Assembly (NCBI GenBank): GCA_964016885.1
Contig: OZ024747.1
Location: 68,386,001 to 68,450,000 of the forward strand
Length of the DNA: 64,000 nt
DNA from: Eledone cirrhosa
Lineage: Eukaryota
Direction: 5' to 3'
Positions 1 to 12,671 of this stretch are shown here, piece after piece (within the stretch, counting starts at the first letter, position 1; each line of letters opens with the position of its first letter). The notes below the pieces were generated by a model. It was not told the DNA's origin, searched no databases, and worked only from the letters and a program-made list of their open reading frames with translations. Both the position numbers and the translations under genes were made by a program.

Positions 1-46
1 GATAATGCTTAAGAAGTGTGTATACATTTTTGGGGGACACCCTGTA
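1..46. mobile_element. Right end of a Tc1/mariner-type MITE
   Basis: Ends ...tttttgggggacaccctg|ta, matching the inverted terminus of the MITE at 42960-43049; TA flank. Confidence 0.5.
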
Positions 47-99
47 TCTATCTATCTATATATCTATATATATATATAGAGATATATAGATACAAACAT

Positions 100-133
<34 letters not shown>

Positions 134-269
134 GAGTGTACATATATATACATATATATTCATGTGTGTGTCTGGAGGTATGTGATTTACACATCATTTA
201 CATTTGATAATACACGTGATTACCTTTATATCTGTTCGTCTGACAGGCCTATATTTAAAATGTCACATT

Positions 270-610
270 AGTTTGTATTTTACGTTGATTTTCATTTCTG
301 ATAATTACCCAAGAGGTGACAACACCTTTTATCCGTTGAGAGTTGACTAGGTTAACAATAACGCAGTAGACCCAAAGACTAACCATGTGTTTACACCTGG
401 AAAGTTCCTCTCCAAAGCGCAATATTGAGCAAGGTGCTTTTACGTAAGAAGAACAGTCTACCGAAGAGGAATACAAAGCACCAGTGTGATTGCAACACAT
501 TCTGTCCAGCAGAGTGAATGGACCAACATTAAATAAGGTGTTTTGCTCAAAGACACAACGCGCTGGTCCAGGAACGGAACTCGCAAAGTCACCACTACTC
601 CTGGCCTCCT
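270..610 (-). mobile_element. Degenerate tRNA-derived SINE
   Basis: Similar on the minus strand to the SINE bodies at 35105, 39750 and 49757 (gtgtctttgagcaaaacac; ggagaggaactttccaggtg). Confidence 0.45.
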
Positions 611-620
611 ACACAGAAAC

Positions 621-709
<89 letters not shown>

Positions 710-859
710 CGAAGCAGTTGTGGTAAGGAACCAGATGGTCCAGAAATTGCCGTCGAAACGGCCTGAGCTGTGCCGTCGGGGTCATACTTTTTCCTATATA
801 TATGTATATATATATATACATAAATATATACATATATACATAAACATATATATATACAT

Positions 860-898
<39 letters not shown>

Positions 899-988
899 CA
901 CATATATATATAAACATACACTATTACATATATATAGATACATACACATATATATACATACACATATATATATACATACACATATATT

Positions 989-3601
989 TTTAACGGACAC
1001 GTAGGTAAACACTGCGACGGCTTCAATAGAGTACATGGAGGCCATGGAGTTGGCACAAGGAATGAGGAAGGATTCAGACTTCTAGAATTCTGCGACGCCA
1101 ATGACATGTCGATATGTAACACAAACTTTAAAAAACCCGACAACCACCTGATCACCTATAGATCAGGGGAGCACTCTAGTCAGTTAGATTTTATCCTCAT
1201 CAGAGGACGTGACAGATGGACGGTCGTAAACACAAAAGCCTTCCCTAGTGAGGAATGTACATCCCAACATAGCTTAGTTGTCAGCGACCTCACGGTCAGA
1301 ACTAGACGAGCCCTGAAACAGAGGCCAACCTGGAGAAGAAAGATCTGGAAGCTGAAAGTCCCCTCAACCAGTAACAGATTTAAAGATATTTTACTCAACG
1401 CCTACGACAGTAAAGAAGAACAGATAGAGACATTTAACGTAGAAGAGAACTGGGAGTTCCTAAAAAATAACTTACTAGAGGCGACGGATGAGGTTTGTGG
1501 CTGGAGTAAGACCTCAAGCAGGAGGAGAGTGACTTGGTGGTGGAACAATAAGGTAGATGAAGCAGTCAAGGCCAAGAGACAGGCATGGAAAGAATGGAAG
1601 AACGGGGGGAGCAGGGTACATTACATAGAGACCAAGAGGGAAGCTAGGCGACAAGTATACTTAGCTAGGAGGGAAGCAGAGGATAGAAAATTCAAGCATG
1701 TTTTACAACGTGAGGACCAGAAACAGGAGGTATTCAAGATTGCGAGGCAGTGTGTCAGAGATAGTTGTGATGTCATTGGAGAGAAGTGTATCCGGAATGA
1801 TAAAGGTGAGCTTGCCCTCACAAGTGCTGAGAAGAAAGATGCATGGAAGAGTCATTATGATAGATTACTAAATGAGGAGAATGCATGGGAAGAAGAGACC
1901 CTACCCCACGTAGACCCTATAGAGGGACCAGCAGTACAAGTCAGCGGCAGCGTAGTAAGTAAGGCAATCAGAGATATGAAGATAGGGAAGGCAACCGGTC
2001 CATCGGGTATAGCTGCCGAGATGCTGAAGGCATCTGGGTCTGTAGGTCACACTATAACCACACGTATCGTTAACCAGGTAATACTAGAGGGGGCCATACC
2101 AAAAGATTGGTGCAGTAGCATCATTGTCAACTGCTACAAAGGTAAAGGCGATGCACTAGATAGAGGAAACTATAGAGGTATAAAGTTGATGGACCAGGTC
2201 ATGAAAGTAACAGAAAGAGTTATAGCACAGCTGATTAGGGACCGGGTGAATATAGACGAGATGCAATTTGGGTTTGTTCCAGGGAAAGGCACCACTGATG
2301 CGCTCTTCCTTGTGAGGCAATTACAGGAAAAGTACCTAGCTAAAAGTAAGCCACTCTACTTGGCATTTGTCGACCTTGAGAAAGCCTTTGACAGAGTTCC
2401 ACGTGCAGTAATCTGGTGGGCTCTTAGAAAACTAGGAGTAGATGAATGGCTTGTGAAAGCGGTACAAGCCATGTATAGGGGAGCAGTCAGCAAAGTTAGG
2501 ATTGGCAATGAGTATAGCGAGGAATTTAGCGTACAGGTTGGGGTCCACCAGGGCTCTGTTCTTAGCCCTCTCCTGTTCATCATAGTCCTGCAGGCAATAA
2601 CGGAGGAGTTTAAGACCGGATGCCCATGGGAACTCCTGTATGCTGATGACCTCGCACTCATAGCTGAATCTATGGTAGAACTAGAGAATAAATTCCAAAC
2701 CTGGAAGCAGGGACTAGAGAGAAAGGGCCTCAAAGTCAACATGACAAAGACTAAGGTCCTTATAAGTAGACGAGAAAACAGAACCCAGATCCCCTCAGGG
2801 AAATGGCCTTGCTCAGTATGTAGGAAAGGTGTAGGTAGGAACTCCATTCTTTGCCCCAAATGCAAACAATGGGTACACAAGAGATGTAGCGGGATCTCAG
2901 GAAGCTTAATTAAGAATGTAGGATTCACATGCAGCAGCTGTGCTGAAACAGTAAGCAAACAGCCACAGGAAACAAGTACCACCAATCTCTGGGAGGGCCC
3001 TGTAGAAACAGTAGACAGCTTCTGCTACCTAGGTGACCGAATTAGCAACGGAGGTGGGTGCTCAGAAAGTACAATAACTAGGGTAAGAACGGGATGGAAG
3101 AAGTTTAGGGAACTACTACCACTGCTAGCTGCAAAAGGCTTCTCCCTCAGAATGAAAGGCAGACTGTATGATGCGTGTATCCGAACAGCGATGTTGCATG
3201 GTAGTGAGACCTGGGCGCTGAAGGTGGAAGACTTACGTAGATTAGAGAGAAACGAAGCCTGCATGCTCCGATGGATGTGTAACAGTAATATACGTGAACG
3301 ACAAAGCATAAATGAATTGAGAGAGAGACTGAGCATAAGAGGAATCAAATGCTGCGTGCAGGAGAGGCGGTTACGCTGGTATGGACATGTGATGCGTATG
3401 AAGGATGACAGCTGCATAAAAAGGTGCAGAGCACTAGAAGTTGATGGAAACCGCGGAGTGGGGAGACCCAAGATGACTTGGGATGAAGTGATAAAAGCCG
3501 ACCTTACCCAACTACACCTCTCAAAGTCAATGACACACGACCGTGACTTCTGGCGTCACGCAGTAATACAGGGTACCCGACCTCCCATGGGTACATGCTG
3601 A
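989..3601 (+). CDS. RTE-clade LINE ORF, 5'-truncated: partial APE endonuclease, reverse transcriptase and PHD-like Cys/His finger
   Basis: Frame is open from FNGHVG at 989 (in frame with the 1106 ORF). APE motifs SQLDFILI and SQHSLV; RT motifs [30 protein letters not shown]; C-terminal RRLRWYGHV and GRPK. Confidence 0.93.
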   Translation, partial: FNGHVGKHCDGFNRVHGGHGVGTRNEEGFRLLEFCDANDMSICNTNFKKPDNHLITYRSGEHSSQLDFILIRGRDRWTVVNTKAFPSEECTSQHSLVVSDLTVRTRRALKQRPTWRRKIWKLKVPSTSNRFKDILLNAYDSKEEQIETFNVEENWEFLKNNLLEATDEVCGWSKTSSRRRVTWWWNNKVDEAVKAKRQAWKEWKNGGSRVHYIETKREARRQVYLARREAEDRKFKHVLQREDQKQEVFKIARQCVRDSCDVIGEKCIRNDKGELALTSAEKKDAWKSHYDRLLNEENAWEEETLPHVDPIEGPAVQVSGSVVSKAIRDMKIGKATGPSGIAAEMLKASGSVGHTITTRIVNQVILEGAIPKDWCSSIIVNCYKGKGDALDRGNYRGIKLMDQVMKVTERVIAQLIRDRVNIDEMQFGFVPGKGTTDALFLVRQLQEKYLAKSKPLYLAFVDLEKAFDRVPRAVIWWALRKLGVDEWLVKAVQAMYRGAVSKVRIGNEYSEEFSVQVGVHQGSVLSPLLFIIVLQAITEEFKTGCPWELLYADDLALIAESMVELENKFQTWKQGLERKGLKVNMTKTKVLISRRENRTQIPSGKWPCSVCRKGVGRNSILCPKCKQWVHKRCSGISGSLIKNVGFTCSSCAETVSKQPQETSTTNLWEGPVETVDSFCYLGDRISNGGGCSESTITRVRTGWKKFRELLPLLAAKGFSLRMKGRLYDACIRTAMLHGSETWALKVEDLRRLERNEACMLRWMCNSNIRERQSINELRERLSIRGIKCCVQERRLRWYGHVMRMKDDSCIKRCRALEVDGNRGVGRPKMTWDEVIKADLTQLHLSKSMTHDRDFWRHAVIQGTRPPMGTC

Positions 3602-3897
3602 AGCATATAAACAATATGCCCCCCCCCCCCCCACCGCAAGGTGGTCGTGGAGGTGCCACGGCAAAAAAGCACCCAGCCCACACTGTAAAGTGGACGTGTA
3701 GGCGCCACGAAAAAGCACCCAGCACTCACTGTAAATGAGGTTGGTGTTAGGAAGGGCATCCAGCTGTAGAAATCAAGCCAGATCAGTTCCTGTATGAGCA
3801 AGGCATGGTCAGCCGACCAGACACTGCCCACAACAGGACAACCCGTCTAACCCATGCTAGCGTGGAAGAACGGACGTAAAACGGTGATGATGATGAT
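989..3897 (+). mobile_element. RTE LINE copy with 3' UTR and (GAT)n tail, inserted in (TA)n
   Basis: The ORF above, a 3' UTR with an internal duplication (3655-3736) and gttaggaagggcatccagctgtagaaa, ending ggtgatgatgatgat; microsatellite on both sides. Confidence 0.9.
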
Positions 3898-4020
3898 ATA
3901 CATATATATATATAAACATACACATATATATATATATATATATAAACATACACATATACACACATATATATATACATACACATATATATTTACATACACG
4001 CATATATATATATATATACA

Positions 4021-4587
4021 CAATTTCTAGTTGCTCGGACCTACTCGTTAGAATCTTAGAGCTTATTTTGCGGGTGATATGGCGCATGTCTTTCTGGCAT
4101 GACACCCATAATTTTGATTTAGATTAATTTCATTTGATTTATCTTAATTTTGGATTTAGATATATAAATACGGCTCCTTAATTGTAGAGCTAACTCTGTT
4201 GAAAGGACTCGACTGATGTTTCTAGTTGTCGATAACCCTATTCACGCCACTGGGACGAAGCTAGTATGATGTGTGTATTTCTAGTAAATACAACACGTGC
4301 TGGCCATTCGCTGATTTGAACTTGAAGTGTAAAACACAGATTACTGGAACTTCTTCCTTGTTGAAAATCCAAGTCTCCACTTCTGTGGTTTACCATCCGA
4401 TTAATTGGTGAAATATATTTCTTTAATGGAATATATACAGGGAAGATTAATCATATTATAAGGTATCTATTTTTGAAGTTCTGGTCAACTTTATTTAGTT
4501 ACCTACCTAGCTATGTGTGGTTACACACTTGTAAAAATTATCTCCTGTGATTATTCATGTTTATTTATATGTTAATCAATTTCTAGT

Positions 4588-4588
<1 letters not shown>
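4021..4588 (+). mobile_element. ~570-bp non-coding element bounded by a 12-bp direct repeat, with a degenerate hammerhead
   Basis: caatttctagtt at 4021-4032 and 4577-4588; ctgatg...actgggac gaag ctag ta at 4213-4266. Confidence 0.4.
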
Positions 4589-4624
<36 letters not shown>

Positions 4625-4789
4625 CATATATATATATATACATACATACATATATACATACATATATATATACATACATATATATATATACATACATATA
4701 TATATATATACATACATACATATATACATACATATATATACATACATACATACATATATACATACATATATATATACATACATACATAC

Positions 4790-4841
<52 letters not shown>

Positions 4842-5126
4842 ACATACATATATATATATACATATATATATAGTTTTGCGAGGTTTTTTATATGAAATCG
4901 TGTGTCGAAACAGATATTGTTATATTTGGGGAGGGTCATATTTGCGTAATATTGCCAGAATTAATAACAGAACACACTCACTGTTTGGTTGGTTTTCGCT
5001 TCTCGCTGTCTTTTATATATATATATCTGCGATCTAACTTACTCGGTCCTCAATGTTGCCATTGACTGACCGGCGGTCAAAAATAATACAGATACAATAT
5101 AGACAAACACATATATATATAGTTTA

Positions 5127-5164
5127 CATAAATCTTTCGTTGCACATCTGCAACATCGTCAGTG
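5127..5164 (-). ncRNA. Minimal hammerhead-like motif in the Penelope pseudo-LTR (also 9257-9294 -, 11398-11435 +, 33026-33063 +, 41004-41041 -, 41798-41835 +)
   Basis: ca CTGACGA t gttgca-gatg-tgcaac GAAA gatt TA tg. Stem II is retained in the diverged subfamily; stems I and III are very short. Confidence 0.55.
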
Positions 5165-5434
5165 GTGTTATATTCATTGTTCCTCCTGTTGTGTTGTATG
5201 TCTACGCCATTTTTTTTGTTCAGTCTGTCTATATATTTATTTATTTATTTGCTTGTTTGTTTATCTTATTTTATTTTGTCTTCTTTGCGCATGCGTTTGC
5301 GTGTGTGTATAGTGTTATGTGTGATGTGTGACTAGTGTGTATAGTGTTGTGTCTGCTGGGTGACTAGTGTGTGTTTATGTGCTTGTGTATGTATTTATTT
5401 ATCTTATTTTATTTAATTTAATTTACTTATTTAT

Positions 5435-8400
5435 TTATACTTCTCTTAGGTCAGTGTTGTTTGTTTGGGTGTTGTTGTTGTTCCACTCATTCTTTCTGTT
5501 TAGCTTTGGTCTTCTAATTTCTATTTCACTGGCCTCTCTGATTTGCCTATCTGCTGGGTCATTCCTATGTTTAGATATTATTCTAATTTCTATGTTGTCT
5601 ATGTTACCGTCATGATGTTGTCTAGCATGTTCGTATAGTACTGACCCGTTTTTTCGTCCTTTTAGTTCCCCCCAGTGTTGGTCTATCCTTTCACCTATGC
5701 TACGAGCTGTCTCACCTATGTATGTTGTTGTCGTGTTTCTGCAAGTACCCTCTGTACATCTTATGCTATAGACTACGTTTCTAGTTTTACAGTTTATCCG
5801 GGGGTTCACCTTACATATGATACATTTCCTATTGGTACAGTGGGTTTTCTTAAAAGGGTAGGTTTTGCTGATCAGGGATTTTATGGTGGTTCCTGGCTTT
5901 TCTACCACCTTTATTTTTAAGTGGGTCTTTCTCAGGGCCTTTCTACACTGGTTAGCTAATTTCCCTCCAGGGGTGGCGTCCACAAACATGACACTCTGAT
6001 ATCTCTGGTTGTCGTACCATGATGTGGCCTTCCCTATCTTATGTCTAGCCCTATCTAAACTATTCCATGATTTGCTCCTGTATAGTGGGCAAATTCCTTT
6101 CATGTCCAGTTCTATGAGGGTCTTATACTTTTCCATGGCTCCTTCGTATACTCTGACTCTGTCTCTTTGGTTGTAGCCAGAGAACTGCATGCGGTTGATG
6201 AAGTGTTGGATGTGTCCTTCCATTTCTGTTGGGTCGCACATGCTGGACACATTCTTCATCACTCGTACCAAATCTGCGATCAGAATATTAAACTTAGCAC
6301 TACTGGACATTGCTGAGTTTTTGAGTATCAGGTATTTGGAGGCCATGGGTTTAGCATAGTGTGAGTGGAGAATTTGGGCTCTCTCGTCTATAGTGTTAAT
6401 CCAGAGTTCTGTGTCTAATACAGGTAGTCTATTGTTAGGGTGTTTGGAAGGGAAGTCTATAGTTACAGTTATACTCTGGTGTATGGAATTAGCTATCTGC
6501 TGGATGCTTTCCATCGTGCTACGTTCTAAATCAAACTTGTTAGTGCTCTCTAGTGGGGGTGTTCTTATAACTATATTGATATCGTCTACATAACGAGAGT
6601 ACATGATGAGGTCTATGGAGCTTTCATTAAGGAGATCTTTAAGTCTCCTTTCCCACCATACCATGAAAAGTTTGGCAACATCGCCAGCTATGCTGACGCC
6701 GATGGCTGCTCCCTCATTTTGGGTGTAGATTTTCTCATTGAACTTAAATATGTGGCCCTTTAGGGTAGTTTTGATACTAGCCCCTATTGCATGTGCGACC
6801 ATTTTTCTTACCTGATCAGTGTTTTGGGGGGTCCGTATAGCTTTGGTCCACCCAATCCACCTTCCTATGGCAGTCTTTTTAGCCATTGAGGTTATGGTGG
6901 GGGGGTCTACCTCTTATAGGTCTACTAGGGCAGAAACATCTAAGGTCATGGCTGTCTAGGTAGTCAGTGTCGTAGGTAAGTCTAAGTAGGAGGCCCAGTT
7001 CGTCTGTGTCGACGTCGCAGAACTCCACCTCACTCTCAATGATCATCTCCACACATCTTTTCACAGCAAAATCAATGTTAATGGATGGGTACAGTGACAC
7101 CACATCCATGCTGCCTATTATGCAGTTGGATAGGCTCCTGTTTTTGTTGCACTCACTGATTCTGCTGAGGAGGTCCTCTGTACTTTCACATACATCTGGG
7201 GACATCTTGATTATGGGGCGTATAACCATTGAGAGGAAGTAGGAGATCCTGTAGTTGCTAGCTATATTAGCTCCGCATACAGGTCTTGTTGGTGGTCCTG
7301 TTGTCGGGTCGTCGACTGTCTTGTGGTCTTTGCGGAGCCCATACAAGGGTGGTATGCCATTGTTAGACGCCTGGAAGTTGTTGGCAGTGCGTCTGCTTGG
7401 CTTTAGGATGTCAGTCCACATCATCATGTGAGCGTTGAGGATTTTTTCTCTCCCATCGTGTGTTAGTTGTGCAACTTCGCTCGTGTTGGTGATGTGGGGT
7501 TGCATTGCCTCGATGTAGTTCGGCATGCTATCTATTGACATCCTACCAGACTTATCTGTGGGTAGACACACTACCTCACCATCCCTTGTGCGCTGCTTGA
7601 GGCTAACCAAGCCTTCTACAGGTTTTATCCCAAGTTGTTGGGCCTCTGGTCTGCTCTGTCTCATAGTGTACCTGTCTACTACTTGTCTAATCTTATTTCT
7701 AGCTATGGTGAACTGTGCCTCCGTCTCGTCATCTATTTGTTGTGGTATGCAAACTCTTTTATTAAAGGGTAACCTCGTAGGATAGATATTACCCATCTTA
7801 TATGTTTTGTCAGCTGGGTTGAAAAATAGTTTCTCTAAGGGGTTGTCGTTATTTCTATCGTCATAGTTGTGTGTGTTGCTATTATTATTATCATGGTGGT
7901 TGTTGTTGTTTCTATCATTAGCATTAATATTATTATTGTTATGATTGCTAGATGTATTGTTGTTTACTTCACCGTTATTGTTGTTGTTGTTACTGCTATT
8001 TCTACCATTGTGGTTGTTACTATTATTATGTTTCTTGTTTTTGTTGATGTTGCTACATGTACTATTTCCATTATTACCACTGTGGTTATTGTTGTTGTTG
8101 TTGTTCGTATTGTTACCGTTATTACTACTGTGGTCACTGTTGCTGTGTCTGTGGTTAACGTTTCTATTATTATTATTATTGTGGTTGTTGTTGTTCTGTC
8201 TATCGCTAGTATTATTACCATTATCACTATTTCTCACTTTCCTGCCATTGTTATGGTTATGGCTGTTATTTCTATACCCAGAGTTATTGTTTATATTACT
8301 ACTACCGTTATTATTGTTGTTGTTGTTTACCTTTGCATTCCAACGTATTTTTGTGTAAACACTTTTCCAGCTCCGTTTTGCATTCCATAGGGTTAATCTT

Positions 8401-9069
8401 TTTGTAGATGGCAAATTTTGGTGGTAACTTTAGGATTTGTTGTTCTTGTTCACTGATTAAAGTGTTCCCATAGATATTTACTGTGTGGTCATTGGTAAAT
8501 TCTTCCGGTAGTTTTACATCACTCATACGGATGTTGTCGATGTTATCTGGGTATTTTTGAGAATATTCGATTTTCCTTTCTTGTAGTTTTTTCTTATTCA
8601 TCCATTCTAATTTCTTCTTGAAATGCCTACAGCATTCGTTTTGAGCATATTTCGTTTCGCGTCGGATGACGCTCATGAAGTCATCTCTCTCGTTTGCTGT
8701 GATGAGATTTCGGATTTCCTTACCGTTGATGCGTTTTTGTCTGTAGAGTGCGTTGACTTTTGTGTATGTTGTTCTTTTCATATTAACTGTTATTGTGTGT
8801 TTTAGCCGTTCAGCTTGTGTTTTGTTCAATAATAAATTATTTACTTGTTTTGATATGTTTGTTGTGTATGTTTTGGAGGAAACACAGTGTTTTAAGAAGC
8901 GGATTTGTTCTGTTGTTATTGTAGTTTTTATATAACAGAAAACAGTGTCTTTCAATAACCTTTCAGCTTGGCACAAGCTAATGCCATAGCGGCGATGAAT
9001 TAGTTTTGCGAGGTTTTTTATATGAAATCGTGTGTCGAAACAGATATTGTTATATTTGGAGAGGGTCAT
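5435..9069 (-). pseudogene. Penelope-like polyprotein (RT, Cys-rich linker, GIY-YIG endonuclease; ~1210 aa if repaired) with two +1 homopolymer frameshifts
   Basis: ORFs 8311-9069, 6879-8414 and 5435-6886 join if one A (~8350, CLHKIRW) and one C (~6900, GRPPTITS) are removed. Motifs: TDKSG, YGLRKDHK, RPVC, SMDVVSLYPSI, YSRYVDD, LPVLD, CTNRKCIIC, VVYSIRC..YIGETARSIGER. Confidence 0.9.
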
Positions 9070-9564
9070 ATTTGCGTAATATTGCCAGAATTAATAACAG
9101 AACACACTCACTGTTTGGTTGGTTTTCGCTTCTCGCTGTCTTTTATATATATATATCTGCGATCTAACTTACTCGGTCCTCAATGTTGCCATTGACTGAC
9201 CGGCGGTCAAAAATAATACAGATACAATATAGACAAACACATATATATATAGTTTACATAAATCTTTCGTTGCACATCTGCAACATCGTCAGTGGTGTTA
9301 TATTCATTGTTCCTCCTGTTGTGTTGTATGTCTACGCCATTTTTTTTGTTCAGTCTGTCTATATATTTATTTATTTATTTGCTTGTTTGTTTATCTTATT
9401 TTATTTTGTCTTCTTTGCGCATGCGTTTGCGTGTGTGTATAGTGTTATGTGTGATGTGTGACTAGTGTGTATAGTGTTGTGTCTGCTGGGTGACTAGTGT
9501 GTGTTTATGTGCTTGTGTATGTATTTATTTATCTTATTTTATTTAATTTAATTTACTTATTTAT

Positions 9565-11157
9565 TTATACTTCTCTTAGGTCAGTGTTGTTTGTTTGGGT
9601 GTTGTTGTTGTTCCACTCATTCTTTCTGTTTAGCTTTGGTCTTCTAATTTCTATTTCACTGGCCTCTCTGATTTGCCTATCTGCTGGGTCATTCCTATGT
9701 TTAGATATTATTCTAATTTCTATGTTGTCTATGTTACCGTCATGATGTTGTCTAGCATGTTCGTATAGTACTGACCCGTTTTTTCGTCCTTTTAGTTCCC
9801 CCCAGTGTTGGTCTATCCTTTCACCTATGCTACGAGCTGTCTCACCTATGTATGTTGTTGTCGTGTTTCTGCAAGTACCCTCTGTACATCTTATGCTATA
9901 GACTACGTTTCTAGTTTTACAGTTTATCCGGGGGTTCACCTTACATATGATACATTTCCTATTGGTACAGTGGGTTTTCTTAAAAGGGTAGGTTTTGCTG
10001 ATCAGGGATTTTATGGTGGTTCCTGGCTTTTCTACCACCTTTATTTTTAAGTGGGTCTTTCTCAGGGCCTTTCTACACTGGTTAGCTAATTTCCCTCCAG
10101 GGGTGGCGTCCACAAACATGACACTCTGATATCTCTGGTTGTCGTACCATGATGTGGCCTTCCCTATCTTATGTCTAGCCCTATCTAAACTATTCCATGA
10201 TTTGCTCCTGTATAGTGGGCAAATTCCTTTCATGTCCAGTTCTATGAGGGTCTTATACTTTTCCATGGCTCCTTCGTATACTCTGACTCTGTCTCTTTGG
10301 TTGTAGCCAGAGAACTGCATGCGGTTGATGAAGTGTTGGATGTGTCCTTCCATTTCTGTTGGGTCGCACATGCTGGACACATTCTTCATCACTCGTACCA
10401 AATCTGCGATCAGAATATTAAACTTAGCACTACTGGACATTGCTGAGTTTTTGAGTATCAGGTATTTGGAGGCCATGGGTTTAGCATAGTGTGAGTGGAG
10501 AATTTGGGCTCTCTCGTCTATAGTGTTAATCCAGAGTTCTGTGTCTAATACAGGTAGTCTATTGTTAGGGTGTTTGGAAGGGAAGTCTATAGTTACAGTT
10601 ATACTCTGGTGTATGGAATTAGCTATCTGCTGGATGCTTTCCATCGTGCTACGTTCTAAATCAAACTTGTTAGTGCTCTCTAGTGGGGGTGTTCTTATAA
10701 CTATATTGATATCGTCTACATAACGAGAGTACATGATGAGGTCTATGGAGCTTTCATTAAGGAGATCTTTAAGTCTCCTTTCCCACCATACCATGAAAAG
10801 GTTGGCAACATCGCCAGCTATGCTGACGCCGATGGCTGCTCCCTCATTTTGGGTGTAGATTTTCTCATTGAACTTAAATATGTGGCCCTTTAGGGTAGTT
10901 TTGATACTAGCCCCTATTGCATGTGCGACCATTTTTCTTACCTGATCAGTGTTTTGGGGGGTCCGTATAGCTTTGGTCCACCCAATCCACCTTCCTATGG
11001 GAGTCTTTTTAGCCATTGAGGTTATGGTGGGGGGGTCTACCTCTTATAGGTCTACTAGGGCAGAAACATCTAAGGTCATGGCTGTCTAGGTAGTCAGTGT
11101 CGTAGGTAAGTCTAAGTAGGAGGCCCAGTTCGTCTGTGTCGACGTCGCAGAACTCCA
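9565..11157 (-). pseudogene. Second, 5'-truncated copy of the Penelope RT C-terminal half and GIY-YIG domain
   Basis: 483-aa ORF differs from 5435-6886 at two residues (A/P, K/N) and carries the same G7 run at ~11030. Confidence 0.92.
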
Positions 11158-11645
11158 AGATAAATAAATACATACACAAGCACATAAACACACACTAGTC
11201 ACCCAGCAGACACAACACTATACACACTAGTCACACATCACACATAACACTATACACACACGCAAACGCATGCGCAAAGAAGACAAAATAAAATAAGATA
11301 AACAAACAAGCAAATAAATAAATAAATATATAGACAGACTGAACAAAAAAAATGGCGTAGACATACAACACAACAGGAGGAACAATGAATATAACACCAC
11401 TGACGATGTTGCAGATGTGCAACGAAAGATTTATGTAAACTATATATATATGTGTTTGTCTATATTGTATCTGTATTATTTTTGACCGCCGGTCAGTCAA
11501 TGGCAACATTGAGGACCGAGTAAGTTAGATCGCAGATATATATATATAAAAGACAGCGAGAAGCGAAAACCAACCAAACAGTGAGTGTGTTCTGTTATTA
11601 ATTCTGGCAATATTACGCAAATATGACCCTCCCCAAATATAACAA

Positions 11646-12583
<938 letters not shown>

Positions 12584-12671
12584 ATAACTTTGAATAACTT
12601 TGAAATGTTTTGGCCAGTATTGGCCCAGGCCATGTCTAACTTAATAGCACCACCTGGCGAAGTCTTTCAAT

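Larger units (their letters stand above)
4871..11645 (-). mobile_element. Penelope-like element (EN+), partial tandem with inverted pseudo-LTR
   Basis: 9001-11157 repeats 4871-7027 (period 4130 bp); 11157-11645 is the reverse complement of 4917-5405; encodes RT and GIY-YIG; both ends lie in (TA)n. Confidence 0.95.

Noticed and set aside
2356-3471. Antisense ORFs over the RTE (also 20300-20925, 13113-13791, 7869-8390)
   Set aside because: Shadow frames of retroelement coding or low-complexity sequence
5435-9069. Selenocysteine (UGA) recoding as in Naiad Penelope elements
   Set aside because: The ORF breaks are homopolymer frameshifts rather than in-frame UGA codons, and no convincing SECIS was seen
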